DNA of 64,000 nucleotides. Source: a virus. The translations under genes were made by a program, and so were the position numbers. The notes beneath the pieces are model-generated. The model ran no database searches. It had not been told where the DNA came from and saw only the letters and a program-made list of their open reading frames with translations. The stretch covers positions 93,141 to 157,140 of the IMG/VR virus record IMGVR_UViG_3300049033_000018; one strand, 5' to 3'. Below are positions 19,755-29,695 of this stretch, in pieces. Numbering within the stretch: the stretch's first letter is position 1; each line of letters starts with the position of its first letter.

Positions 19755-20105
19755 TTAAGATTTTTGTAGGTTATAGGTACACTGATGAGGAATTTCCACA
19801 ATAGCATGACAACTTATGCTTTTTAAAAACTCCATCATTTGATTTAAAGTTTTAATTAACTCTCCACCCTCTTGATAAGGAGCTCTTACAAATGTTTCTC
19901 TATCCTCAATAGAATAACGAATTATTTGTTGACCATCTAAAGTAATATAAGTGAATTTATCGAATTCTTCGAAATCAATATTTTCATTTATTCTAATTAG
20001 AGTATTATTAAAGCCATTTGCATTAAATAACCATTGGAGATAATTCTGAGGTGCTACAGGTCTTCCTGAGTCAAATGGCATCATCATTCTAAAATCAAAT
20101 TTCAT
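19755..20105 (-). CDS. hypothetical protein
   Basis: Packed ORF. Confidence 0.6.
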   Translation of the reverse strand: MKFDFRMMMPFDSGRPVAPQNYLQWLFNANGFNNTLIRINENIDFEEFDKFTYITLDGQQIIRYSIEDRETFVRAPYQEGGELIKTLNQMMEFLKSISCHAIVEIPHQCTYNLQKS

Positions 20106-20111
20106 CTGTAA

Positions 20112-20519
20112 TTATTTATAAAGATAAACAGGAGTCATCCCATTACTTGACCACTGAATAGTATTAGCATTTACTTTTTTGAACTTATAAGTTCCTGTAG
20201 ATGTTCCAGCCGTAATAACAAAATTGTAATCGGTGTCATTTATAGTTTCATCAACCTTTGCTGTTTGTCCTGTACTGGCTGTTTGTTCTAAAATAGCTTT
20301 GTAGCTGGTGTAAGGTGTTAACAAGATAAAATCATCCTGTTTGAATTGAAAATACCCATTTGGAGCATTTTGAATTTTCCAAGTTCCCTGAATCCATACA
20401 GGAGGATGAAAATATTGATTTGGGTTACCTTCATCATCTAACAAGCTATTAGAATCTGAACTACAACTAAATGTTATACTTGCTAACATTACTAATGCAA
20501 ATATCTTTAAATTTTTCAT
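20112..20519 (-). CDS. lipoprotein (possible superinfection-exclusion protein)
   Basis: Signal peptide II MKNLKIF...TFSC followed by acidic SSDS; own promoter. Confidence 0.75.
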   Translation of the reverse strand: MKNLKIFALVMLASITFSCSSDSNSLLDDEGNPNQYFHPPVWIQGTWKIQNAPNGYFQFKQDDFILLTPYTSYKAILEQTASTGQTAKVDETINDTDYNFVITAGTSTGTYKFKKVNANTIQWSSNGMTPVYLYK

Positions 20520-20549
20520 TTTTACTTTATTTTAATTGTTAATTATGTT

Positions 20550-20588
20550 GCAAATATACAAAAAAATCCTCACTTACGCAAGGATTTA
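20550..20588 (-). promoter_or_regulatory. promoter overlapping terminator hairpin
   Basis: AAATCCTTGCGTAAGTGAGGATTTTTTTGTATATTTGCA. Confidence 0.75.
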
Positions 20589-20611
20589 AAGTTAAAATTT
20601 TGTTAAATTAA

Positions 20612-21310
20612 TTATTTTGTTAATAGAATTCCACCAACAACACCAAGTCCTAAAGCAATGGCAGAAGGAACGACCCATGTGTTTCTTTTACTTTTTACAT
20701 CAACCTGATAGGTTTTTACATAGGGAGTTGTACTATATTTATTATGGTTTGTAATTTCACTAAAAGGAATAGGTTTACCTAAACCTAGAAAACCTGTTTT
20801 ATCATACCCAATTGCTACTGTATATTCATCTTTAGTTCCTACATTGATTATGGTTGAATCTTGAGATGCAATAACATTACCAAAAACCCATCCTTCTTTA
20901 TTAAAGTTACTTTTATATACTAACTGCTTTGTATTATCCACAACCACAGTATCTACCTTTGTTGGAACAGTTGTTGTAACTGCTGTAGTACTGGTAAAAT
21001 TTGTTACACTTCCTCCTTTTTTGATTTGTTTCTCATACTTTTTTATCTGTTCTTGAAGTTTTTGTATCTCTTCAGATTGGTCTTTCAGATTGAGAAAATC
21101 TTTTGGATTCTCTGTAATGACGGCTGTGTTTTTAGTATGACTCTTTCCTTGTTCGTCTTTCCAAGTCTTAGCTTTAGTATTTAAACTATTAATAAGACCT
21201 GTTTGCTCATCAATCTTGTCAGACTGTCTACATGTTCTGACTGTTAGTAGTATAGAGAGTAATAGTAACCCTGCAACTACATACATTAAAATTTTAGTTA
21301 ATTTGTCCAT
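20612..21310 (-). CDS. membrane protein, possibly spanin-like
   Basis: N-terminal TM, coiled coil, C-terminal TM. Confidence 0.55.
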   Translation of the reverse strand: MDKLTKILMYVVAGLLLLSILLTVRTCRQSDKIDEQTGLINSLNTKAKTWKDEQGKSHTKNTAVITENPKDFLNLKDQSEEIQKLQEQIKKYEKQIKKGGSVTNFTSTTAVTTTVPTKVDTVVVDNTKQLVYKSNFNKEGWVFGNVIASQDSTIINVGTKDEYTVAIGYDKTGFLGLGKPIPFSEITNHNKYSTTPYVKTYQVDVKSKRNTWVVPSAIALGLGVVGGILLTK

Positions 21311-21311
21311 A

Positions 21312-22082
21312 TTATTTTTTCTCTGTCGTTGGTTTTAACCACATGGCATTTTCAAATATTCTTTTTAAAACATTAATTCCTGAAGTCCTATCTAATTCTA
21401 CCAGCATTCCCATAGAATCAACAGTGTTATGCTTCATCATTTTAAAGATTTCTTCTCTTATTCTCTCTTGAGATACCACTTTAGAAAACTTATCCCACAT
21501 ACCAACATCAGTTCTAATAACTTTTAGTATATCTTGAGACATAAACAATTTCTTTGTTATAGAAAATCTCAATGCTCTAAGCATTCTTAATGGGTCATTG
21601 TTAAAAGAAGTCTCAGCATCTACAGGACATCTAAGAAGTTTATATTTTAAAGCTCCTTGACCATCAAATGGGTCAATTAGGTTTCCATCTTCATCCTCTG
21701 CAATTGCATTTACAGTGAAGTCTCTTCTTTTCAAATCATCATACAAAGTACCAATTTCAACTACTGGCATTCTTGTTTCAGGATTTGGGTAAGTCTCTTT
21801 TCTTGCAAGAACAAAATCAGCAGTAAGCTTTTCGTATTTATGACCTCCAGGGAATCTAGCTCTAGTAGTAAAAGCTTCTGGCACTTCAAGAAATATCTCA
21901 AAACCTTCATTAGATAAAATATCATTCATAGTAGTGTAGAATGCTGAAGGAAGGTCTTCTTTGAATGTCTTAATGTATTCTGGAGAAAATTCAAAGGTAA
22001 AATCAATATCTTTACTCTTGAGACCTAGGAGGGCATCTCTCACGCACCCTCCAACCTTATATAATTTATATGTTTTTTTCAT
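21312..22082 (-). CDS. cca: CCA-adding tRNA nucleotidyltransferase / poly(A) polymerase family
   Basis: VGGCVRDALLG..KDIDF, DLKRRDFTVNA, NDPLRMLRALRF, SQERIREE. Confidence 0.92.
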   Translation of the reverse strand: MKKTYKLYKVGGCVRDALLGLKSKDIDFTFEFSPEYIKTFKEDLPSAFYTTMNDILSNEGFEIFLEVPEAFTTRARFPGGHKYEKLTADFVLARKETYPNPETRMPVVEIGTLYDDLKRRDFTVNAIAEDEDGNLIDPFDGQGALKYKLLRCPVDAETSFNNDPLRMLRALRFSITKKLFMSQDILKVIRTDVGMWDKFSKVVSQERIREEIFKMMKHNTVDSMGMLVELDRTSGINVLKRIFENAMWLKPTTEKK

Positions 22083-22292
22083 TTACTTTTCTTTAATTGG
22101 GCACCATTCAGGAATTTTTACCTTATCGTGCCATTCAACATAACCTTCTATTTTCTTTAACCCTCCAGCATCTTTGGATTTTTTACAAAACCAATCTTCT
22201 GGACGTTCCCATGAATCTGATGTGTAAACTACTTTCGTCTCTAAAAAAGGACATTCTTTACAACTTTTTATTTCTAATTTAATTGTTGCCAT
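22083..22292 (-). CDS. small Cys-containing protein
   Basis: SCKECPF...IPEWCPI; start moved to MATIKLE. Confidence 0.65.
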   Translation of the reverse strand: MATIKLEIKSCKECPFLETKVVYTSDSWERPEDWFCKKSKDAGGLKKIEGYVEWHDKVKIPEWCPIKEK

Positions 22293-22293
22293 T

Positions 22294-23166
22294 TTATTTT
22301 GTTTTTTTGTTTTTACGACCATGATAAGGGTCACCTTTAAAAGATTCATCATTGAATCCATGTCTTAATAACTCATTATCATCTTGTAATTTTTCTTTTT
22401 TTATTTCCTCTTCTTCTCTTGTCAAGAATGAGTATTCCTTATTCTTTTTTTCACTCTCCCAATACTTTATAAGTTGTTTCTTTTTCTGTCTATATTCCCA
22501 TTTTAATCTTTTTTCTAATTTAGACCCAGGAATTACATTAGGAATTTGGTATCCTTGAGTTACATAACTTTTATGGTTACCAGTATATCCCCACATAGTT
22601 CTAGGTAAAACTTCAAATGTACGAATATCTAACATTGCAGTAACACAGTCGGCTGATTCAAAAACATATGGTGTTTTATCTTTGGTGCGGTTATTTTTTT
22701 CTTTAAATCGTTCAGTAAATTGTATATTTCCTGATTCATCAATTTCATAGCTACTCCATTTTCTTTCTTCAAATTCTTTAAGAAAGTAATAATGTCTTAT
22801 ATAGTCAGGAATATGATGAGTCCTTTTTAAATAATAAGTGAATGTCTTATTAAAACTTTTCCCTATATTATTCTCAATAATCATATGTACATATTTCCAT
22901 ATAGAAATATCACCAACTCTTTTGCCTTTTTTCCAATCCCCAAAATCCCAACCCTGTTTGATTTGTTGAGGTCTTCTAAAAGCTTCTTTAAAAGGATACT
23001 TATCACATGCCATAGGAAAATTAACAAACCCTTTACTTGCACCTATTTCTACTCTAAATTTACAATGCTCTTCCCAATTCTCATTTTCATCCTCTTCTGG
23101 ATACCACCAATCATCATATTCTGAGAATTTATACCCAAATTCAACATTTAAATTTAATCGAGCCAT
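22294..23166 (-). CDS. hypothetical protein
   Basis: Packed 290-aa ORF. Confidence 0.7.
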   Translation of the reverse strand: MARLNLNVEFGYKFSEYDDWWYPEEDENENWEEHCKFRVEIGASKGFVNFPMACDKYPFKEAFRRPQQIKQGWDFGDWKKGKRVGDISIWKYVHMIIENNIGKSFNKTFTYYLKRTHHIPDYIRHYYFLKEFEERKWSSYEIDESGNIQFTERFKEKNNRTKDKTPYVFESADCVTAMLDIRTFEVLPRTMWGYTGNHKSYVTQGYQIPNVIPGSKLEKRLKWEYRQKKKQLIKYWESEKKNKEYSFLTREEEEIKKEKLQDDNELLRHGFNDESFKGDPYHGRKNKKTK

Positions 23167-23167
23167 A

Positions 23168-23509
23168 TTAAAATATTTTCTGATTATTAGACTGTTCGTC
23201 TACATTCTTTTTTATAAAAATTTCTACGTCTTTATTTAATTCATAACATTCAGGAATATTTTCAGAATCTTGTTCATAAAGTTCTAATAAATTTCCTAAA
23301 GCTAATAGAAAATTTGCTGAATCAGCAATATATTCTTTAGAAGCTTTAAGATTCCCCATCCTGATAGCTATCATCATTTTTGCTTTGTGATACTCCAACT
23401 CTGTAATGATACCTTCAAAATCTTTGAAATCAAATATAGTTCCTTTTCTGGAATTATTTTTAAGCTGGATTTCCATTTCTTCTGCAAATCTCCTTACTTT
23501 ATCATTCAT
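23168..23509 (-). CDS. hypothetical protein (possible dATP/dGTP-PPase-like helical fold)
   Basis: FAEEM..L..N..KG...E.ADSANF pattern. Confidence 0.5.
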   Translation of the reverse strand: MNDKVRRFAEEMEIQLKNNSRKGTIFDFKDFEGIITELEYHKAKMMIAIRMGNLKASKEYIADSANFLLALGNLLELYEQDSENIPECYELNKDVEIFIKKNVDEQSNNQKIF

Positions 23510-24432
23510 TATTGTAAAATTAAAGTTTTATTCCACCATCCTGTGTAAATAGCTTTATTAATTGAAAAAAGACAGTCCCAACATTCAGCTACTTCTGAAT
23601 GGTCAGCAAAAAATACTTTTTTACCTGTTTTATTTATTGCTGAATAAATGTTATCTTCTTCTTTAAAAGTAACCTCGGTGAAATTCTCATTTCTTTTATT
23701 TCTAGGATTAAATAAAGTTACTTCTGATTCTAATTCTTTATTGTTAAGATTTTTAACAGGAATAAAAAGATAGCACATATTACCTCTTGAAGCACTAGGA
23801 AATCCATCATCTTCCATATCATAACTTTTTACAGGAACTCCTTCTTTAACTTTTAACCTAGCTTCATAATGTTCCCATACTTGTCCAAGATAATGGAGAG
23901 TTCTTTCTAATTCATAGTAATCATCAAGCTCTTGTTTATGAGTCTCTCTGTACTCTGTTCTTAAAGCACTTCTCTCCTCCCTTGTTAAAGCAATACCTTC
24001 AACTGCTTTTTCAAACTCTATCCATATATAACAATCATAAATTTTAGGAATAATTAAGTATGCTAATTGAAAATTACTATATTTAGTTCCTATCATCATA
24101 TATAGTGCTATTTGCTCTTTTGTAATAGGAGTTTCATTATAGAAAGGAGATTTCAGTAACCATTCATAAGTACTATCTATTGTTTCCAATATGTAACTTT
24201 TAATAAGACTTCTCTTCTTACTGACTAAATCCTGAGGTAATATTTCAAGATAGGTTTTACCTTTTATATATTCTACTATTTCCAAATATAAATCATCAGT
24301 AAAAGTATCTAGAATTTTCTCTGTCTCTCTATGGTGAGCATACATTTCTTCATTAGTTTCAAATTTTTCAGGTCTAACATACCCTGTTCTTTCTTTAAAA
24401 GTCTCATTTAAACTGAAGTTTGTAAAATTCAT
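23509..24432 (-). CDS. hypothetical protein
   Basis: Packed 307-aa ORF. Confidence 0.7.
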   Translation of the reverse strand: MNFTNFSLNETFKERTGYVRPEKFETNEEMYAHHRETEKILDTFTDDLYLEIVEYIKGKTYLEILPQDLVSKKRSLIKSYILETIDSTYEWLLKSPFYNETPITKEQIALYMMIGTKYSNFQLAYLIIPKIYDCYIWIEFEKAVEGIALTREERSALRTEYRETHKQELDDYYELERTLHYLGQVWEHYEARLKVKEGVPVKSYDMEDDGFPSASRGNMCYLFIPVKNLNNKELESEVTLFNPRNKRNENFTEVTFKEEDNIYSAINKTGKKVFFADHSEVAECWDCLFSINKAIYTGWWNKTLILQ

Positions 24433-24437
24433 GATGA

Positions 24438-24809
24438 TTATTTTAAAAGTTTAAAAATTTCTGAGTTATAATCTGAATAAGAGTGCATATTTTCACACAA
24501 TTCTTCTTCTGTTCTAAAGCTTACAAAGCCTTCATTAGTTACTCCTAAAGTCAACTCTTCCCAACCTTCTACATCTTCAAATACAAAGCAGAAGTTTTCA
24601 TTACCATCATACACTCTTGTATCAATTAATTTTGGATTAATACCTTTAAGACCTACCTCTTCCATGACTTCTCTGATAACAGCTTGCTCAGGAGTTTCAC
24701 CCTCTTCAACTTTACCCCCAACTAGACCTAAATCATAATGATTATCTTTTCTGGATATTGAAAGTACAAACCCATCTTTTTTAATAACAGCTACTGAAAC
24801 TTGTTTCAT
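24438..24809 (-). CDS. NUDIX hydrolase
   Basis: GGKVEEGETPEQAVIREVMEEVGL Nudix box. Confidence 0.92.
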   Translation of the reverse strand: MKQVSVAVIKKDGFVLSISRKDNHYDLGLVGGKVEEGETPEQAVIREVMEEVGLKGINPKLIDTRVYDGNENFCFVFEDVEGWEELTLGVTNEGFVSFRTEEELCENMHSYSDYNSEIFKLLK

Positions 24810-24827
24810 AGTATAATTTTTGATTTG

Positions 24828-24935
24828 TTATGTAGAGGGGACTCGAACCCCTGACCTGACTGTTACACCCCTATAAAGAGGTTGGTTTTCCAAACCATTA
24901 TTGGCAATCTGCTCTACCCACTGAGCTACTACACA
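24828..24935 (-). ncRNA. tRNA-like RNA with a 42-nt, two-hairpin insert in place of the anticodon loop
   Basis: Acceptor TGTGTAG/CTACATA, D arm GCTC-AGTGGGTA-GAGC, AC stem GATTG/CAGTC, T arm AGGGG-TTCGAGT-CCCCT. Confidence 0.75.
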
Positions 24936-24946
24936 CCTTAATTTTA

Positions 24947-25753
24947 TTATTTTACTGTCTTAACAAAAGGAAGACCAGACCCTGACCAAGTAGAAGGTAG
25001 AACCCCATTCCATTTGTCAATAGCTTGCTCTTGTAGAATCTCAGGTGTTAAGCCTCTTGACCTAATAACAGCAGCCTCAGCCTGTAATGAAGCAAGTTCA
25101 TTTCTTTTTCTTTGTTCCTCAATTTGTTGGTCTAATACAGTGATATTGGTATTAACCTCATTTCTACTGTCAATTTTCTCAGTAACTTTTTGACTAAATT
25201 CTAACTGACATGAGAAAGTTTTAAGTTCCAAACCTCTTTTAGCAAATTCTGCTGTAACAAGTTTCTCAACGTGTCTTTCAAATTTAAGAGACCCACCAGT
25301 TGCCATTAAAGAGTCAGTAGGATAAAACCTTGAAGATTCTTTCATGATGTCATAAATCTTAGCTTCTAAAATATTGTCTTCTAAAGACTTCATAAAGTCA
25401 TCACCTTTTTCAATCTGCTTGTTGTCGAATACCACATCAACAGCACGGTTATCAATTACTTTATAAGAGTAAGACGGACTTGAAGTAAAAGCAGTGTTAT
25501 CAGCAGCTTTCAATTTTAAAGGCTTCTCAAAGGTTGCTCTCTGTTCAAACAAAGGTACTTGAAATAACTCAGTTCCAGGTGCTATAGTAGATACTCTACC
25601 TTTTACAAGTGAGAAGTCTGTCTTACCATTCTTACCCCAGTCTTGCATCAATACTCCTTGATAATTTGGTGCAACTCGTTCACAACTCAATAATGTGATT
25701 GATGCTAATGCTACTAAAAATAGTCCCTTAAAACTTTTCATTACTTTTTTCAT
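24947..25753 (-). CDS. SPFH/Band 7 domain lipoprotein
   Basis: LLSC lipobox, ERVAPNYQGV, coiled coil, LTPEILQ..IDKWNG. Confidence 0.85.
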   Translation of the reverse strand: MKKVMKSFKGLFLVALASITLLSCERVAPNYQGVLMQDWGKNGKTDFSLVKGRVSTIAPGTELFQVPLFEQRATFEKPLKLKAADNTAFTSSPSYSYKVIDNRAVDVVFDNKQIEKGDDFMKSLEDNILEAKIYDIMKESSRFYPTDSLMATGGSLKFERHVEKLVTAEFAKRGLELKTFSCQLEFSQKVTEKIDSRNEVNTNITVLDQQIEEQRKRNELASLQAEAAVIRSRGLTPEILQEQAIDKWNGVLPSTWSGSGLPFVKTVK

Positions 25754-25907
25754 TCTGATTCTTTTTTGGTTTTAAAATTAATAAATATGTTAAATAGATT
25801 GTACCACCCATGATACCAAACCCAAGGTATGGGTCAAATGTGTTCCAGACTCTTATTCCACCTATGAATAAGAAGAACATTGCAATTGCAATTAAAATTG
25901 TTTTCAT
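25728..25907 (-). CDS. small membrane protein (not in ORF track)
   Basis: MKTILIAIAMFFLFIGG..., 59 aa, two hydrophobic segments, abuts SPFH gene. Confidence 0.55.
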   Translation of the reverse strand: MKTILIAIAMFFLFIGGIRVWNTFDPYLGFGIMGGTIYLTYLLILKPKKNQNEKSNEKF

Positions 25908-26797
25908 TATAAGTTATCTCTGTTTATTAAATAGTTTCTTATTTGAAACATTTGTTCCTCATTAATTCGTACCCCACTAGAAAGTTCTAAGCTTTTAATA
26001 AATCTACTCCCATTATTTCTAAACCAATAGGCTTCTAATTTAGCACACCCATATATAAAGTAAGTTCCTTTATCCTCTCCAACATGCCCATTAATTTTTG
26101 GCAAAGTTGTTATTTTGTTAATCTCTTCCTGAGTAGCTTTTCTAAAACAATCTGGGTTCTGTTCTATTCGTGCTACACCTCCTAAATGACCAATTGCTAC
26201 TATTTGACCTTTAAAAGTTTCAACCCCTACTATTTTCTGAGGGGACACCTTATCTGTAGTAAAAGGATGATTGTGGTCATATTTAGGATGTTCACTCTGA
26301 TTAAAGCCATTACATGTAGCTATTAACCAATCCCCAACTTCATATTGAATCTTTTTCTTTTCTTCTCCATAGATAGCTTTAAACCATATATCAAACACAC
26401 CTGCCTCTCTTAATCTACTAATGTAGTTTGTTTGTTCAACTGATATATCATAAGGCATTAAACTATTTTCCCAGTTACCTTTTGTATTACTAATACTTAA
26501 AGCTGCTTGTTTGTATTCTTCTTTTGTAAGCTTATACCCAATGAGTTTCTTTTTTAAAACATATTTTACAAACTCTTCAAATGTAATCTCAGTACCGAAA
26601 TCTGAAAAACTAGTTTTAATTGAATCTGGATTATTTGGATTATGCCCCTTACTAAGTTCACCAGTCGAAAGTCTTTTAGATATTCCTACTATATTTCCTA
26701 CAGGAAAACCAAATCCAAACCATTCTTTTATGCTTTCATAATTTTGGTTATTTGATACTATATACCAATTTTCTGGTAAAATAAATTCATTATTCAT
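25907..26797 (-). CDS. modular hypothetical protein
   Basis: LPENWYI module shared with 34696..35625. Confidence 0.7.
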   Translation of the reverse strand: MNNEFILPENWYIVSNNQNYESIKEWFGFGFPVGNIVGISKRLSTGELSKGHNPNNPDSIKTSFSDFGTEITFEEFVKYVLKKKLIGYKLTKEEYKQAALSISNTKGNWENSLMPYDISVEQTNYISRLREAGVFDIWFKAIYGEEKKKIQYEVGDWLIATCNGFNQSEHPKYDHNHPFTTDKVSPQKIVGVETFKGQIVAIGHLGGVARIEQNPDCFRKATQEEINKITTLPKINGHVGEDKGTYFIYGCAKLEAYWFRNNGSRFIKSLELSSGVRINEEQMFQIRNYLINRDNL

Positions 26798-26819
26798 AAT
26801 TTAGTTATTAATTATATTT

Positions 26820-26860
26820 GCAAATATACTAAAAAAATATGAGACTCACAAGGAGTCTCA
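26820..26860 (-). promoter_or_regulatory. promoter overlapping terminator hairpin
   Basis: TGAGACTCCTTGTGAGTCTCATATTTTTTTAGTATATTTGCA. Confidence 0.7.
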
Positions 26861-26873
26861 AGTTAAAGTTATG

Positions 26874-28157
26874 TTAATTTTCTGTCTCAATATCTGAAAT
26901 ACCTGCTTCCAACTGTTTAGATTCACCTTCAATGAACTTTGGTGATTTCAGCTTGAATATCTCATCCGTATCTCTCAATCTGATACAAACCCCTTCATCA
27001 ACTTTACAGTCTGGATAAGATTTATCTAAGTACTGGGTCTTTAGATAATCTAACAATTGGTCTTGCATTGTAACATCTCCCACAGTGAATGGAGGTACAA
27101 CTTCTCTGACTTTACCAACGAAATACTCATCTACATATTTCAATCCATATTTCTCACAGTATCTCTTAACTGCCTCCCATGAAAGCTCATGTACATTCCC
27201 ATCTTCATTTGTAAAAGTGATTCTGTAAATAAATATTTCATAATCAAACCCATAAGTATAGTCAGCACCCTGAACTCCATTTCCTACAATCTCTCCATAA
27301 AGGGTAATTCCTTTCTCCACATTGTCTTTGTGCATCTCATAGGCTCTTCTCCAAATATCATTTGAATAATAACTAGGAGTATGAGATTTCCATCCAACTT
27401 GGTCAGCCTCTACACCTTTTGGTAGTCTTGACTTAGGTTTTCCAGAAGAATAAATAAAGCCATATTGGGTCTTTTTCTGAGGGATAAATCTATCAATCAA
27501 CCTCTCAAACCAGTTTAGTTTTTTATTGACTAGAACATGTGCTAAAATCAGTGATGAACCATGATATTTTCTAGTTACAATAAATTGAGTTCCAGAATTG
27601 AATTTCTCTAGGTTTCTAGCAAAATGAGCTGTGTCTGAGTGGAATCTGAATTGATTATCAATGATAACATCTTTTAATTTATTTTGCTTAGGTGTTTTCT
27701 CACCCTTAGGTAATCCTGATTGTCTTACAGGAACCTCATACTTTTGACAAATCATTACCTCATCAATGTGAGTAAATGTGTCCCCTTCTTTAAGGTCTCC
27801 TTCCTCAATTGGTAAAGAAGTAAGAGGTAGTAACATTCCATCTGAAACAGTTCCTCTTAATTTTAAGGCTTTAACCAATCTTCTTTTAGCAGAAAGATAC
27901 CCTTTTTGAGTGGTATCTTTGTTTAAAGCTGGGTCATCATAGAGATTACTATCATGACAAATAGCCTCAGAGATTTGAGTTCCTGCTACAAAGTATAGCA
28001 TTAAATCCCCTTCCTGTACTGCTTTGGAAACAATCACGTTGTTCCCAAGTAATACAACTCTTTGAATTTTATCAGCTCCCTCGATTGCATGAGGTTTTCC
28101 AATCCTGACAACTGTACAAGGATAATTTGATGAATTTTCGTCTATTGTTAATTTCAT
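26874..28157 (-). CDS. RNA ligase (Rnl2/DRB0094-like) with N-terminal OB-fold tRNA-binding domain
   Basis: IEGADKI, KLRGTVSDGMLLP, motif I KYHGSS, YGEIVG, EGVCIR, FKLKS. Confidence 0.85.
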   Translation of the reverse strand: MKLTIDENSSNYPCTVVRIGKPHAIEGADKIQRVVLLGNNVIVSKAVQEGDLMLYFVAGTQISEAICHDSNLYDDPALNKDTTQKGYLSAKRRLVKALKLRGTVSDGMLLPLTSLPIEEGDLKEGDTFTHIDEVMICQKYEVPVRQSGLPKGEKTPKQNKLKDVIIDNQFRFHSDTAHFARNLEKFNSGTQFIVTRKYHGSSLILAHVLVNKKLNWFERLIDRFIPQKKTQYGFIYSSGKPKSRLPKGVEADQVGWKSHTPSYYSNDIWRRAYEMHKDNVEKGITLYGEIVGNGVQGADYTYGFDYEIFIYRITFTNEDGNVHELSWEAVKRYCEKYGLKYVDEYFVGKVREVVPPFTVGDVTMQDQLLDYLKTQYLDKSYPDCKVDEGVCIRLRDTDEIFKLKSPKFIEGESKQLEAGISDIETEN

Positions 28158-28750
28158 ATATCGTATTTAATTTTTAAATGGTTTAAAACTCTTTTAATCT
28201 CCTCGGCTGTAGGAACATCTGTAGGAACATTTTCCCAAGGCTTAGCCCAAATTCCATCCTTAAATAAAGTAAATTCAGTGCGTTTACTGTCTAATGTTAA
28301 CGCATTATTATGAGAATTAAATCTGTATTCCCCTGCTGTTTTTTGTCCAGATTTCCCCGTACACCATATACTATCAATATAAATATCCTGAACTAAACCT
28401 CTTTTCTTAGCTTCTTTAATAAGCATATCTTTAACTTCTTTTGGTGTAGCTTCTCTATTCCAGTTATTATCATTGTTATAACTAGCAAATCCCCATTTGT
28501 CGTTTACCCAATTTCCATCAAAATCAACTCCAAATGCTTTGCAGTCTCCATCTGTACCAGCATGTATCATTATATCTGTTACATAAAATATAGATTGGTT
28601 AGGGTTAGCCTTGTACCATTTACCTTTTTCTAAAACATTCTTTTTAAATACATCAGGAAATTGTGTTTTGAGTTTATCTTTCCAATCTTGACAGGCTGCA
28701 TTATATGCCTCTTTGATAAATGATTCTGATACTTGATATGTCTTTTCCAT
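28154..28750 (-). CDS. hypothetical protein
   Basis: Packed ORF; ATPKEV...EAKKRG module. Confidence 0.7.
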   Translation of the reverse strand: MEKTYQVSESFIKEAYNAACQDWKDKLKTQFPDVFKKNVLEKGKWYKANPNQSIFYVTDIMIHAGTDGDCKAFGVDFDGNWVNDKWGFASYNNDNNWNREATPKEVKDMLIKEAKKRGLVQDIYIDSIWCTGKSGQKTAGEYRFNSHNNALTLDSKRTEFTLFKDGIWAKPWENVPTDVPTAEEIKRVLNHLKIKYDI

Positions 28751-28825
28751 TACATTCCTTTTGTTTGGTTAGTGATGGGGATAAAAATAATTCTACCCCC
28801 GATTATTCTTACTACTTTTATCATA

Positions 28826-29335
28826 TTAATCTATGTCTAATGTGTAGTAAGGGTTACCTGTCTCTACAACAGTAATTCTATTTGCCTTTCTGTAGTCTAA
28901 TTCTCTTTGAATGTAGACAGGAAGGTCATCACCCTCTGGTAAGTTTTCTTGAAGAAGAAATAAATCTCTGTCTGAAACACTTTTGATTGGGATTCCTCTT
29001 TCAGGAAGGTCACCATCTTTTTTATTCCAGATTGTGGTCAGCCTTTCATCAGCAATTCCAAACTGCTTCATAAATTTTTCATCCTCAGTGTAAACCCAAT
29101 TTCCTGTGAACTGCCCTAATACATTTGCTTTGATTAGTACTTCACTCATTCTGAAATTAGGATTCTCTAACCAGACTTTTTCAACTTGCTGTTCTTTTTC
29201 TTTCCATCTGTTTAAAAATTTATCAACAAATGTTTTTTGAGCAATACCTACTACATTTTTGATATAACTCTCTTTTACTGTATCTCTTGAATAAATATCA
29301 AGGAGTGTTGGGATTCTTTGTGGATTACGACTCAT
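28826..29335 (-). CDS. hypothetical protein
   Basis: RNPQRIP...W..NPNFR pattern. Confidence 0.7.
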   Translation of the reverse strand: MSRNPQRIPTLLDIYSRDTVKESYIKNVVGIAQKTFVDKFLNRWKEKEQQVEKVWLENPNFRMSEVLIKANVLGQFTGNWVYTEDEKFMKQFGIADERLTTIWNKKDGDLPERGIPIKSVSDRDLFLLQENLPEGDDLPVYIQRELDYRKANRITVVETGNPYYTLDID

Positions 29336-29437
29336 TTTTTTTATTATGATTTTTAAATTCTTGTTGTCTTTTTTTCACTTGGTTCCCAAATACAAAAGGG
29401 AATATAACTAGTAGTAATATTAATAAGAATACTATCT

Positions 29438-29695
29438 TCATTCAAAAAATTCTAAATTATCAGGTTTAATTCCTTCAATTGTTGCTACCTTTTCCTTTGA
29501 AAAAGTTCGTTTGATTCTGTCAATTCTAGTGCCAGACTCATCATAAACATCTATTGTGACATTTGTTGTACTAGCAATAGCTTCAACTTCAAATCCATCA
29601 CTAATTAATTTTTTAGCTCTCATAATAACATCTTCCTGAATGCTTGTAGGAATTGTTTTTTGTTGCACTAATGTGCTAATCTCTTTTATGTTCAT
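29438..29695 (-). CDS. hypothetical protein
   Basis: Start moved to MNIKEIS. Confidence 0.6.
   Translation of the reverse strand: MNIKEISTLVQQKTIPTSIQEDVIMRAKKLISDGFEVEAIASTTNVTIDVYDESGTRIDRIKRTFSKEKVATIEGIKPDNLEFFE

Noticed and set aside
24863-24904. Group I intron in a tRNA anticodon
   Set aside because: 42 nt is far too short and lacks P/Q/R/S elements.
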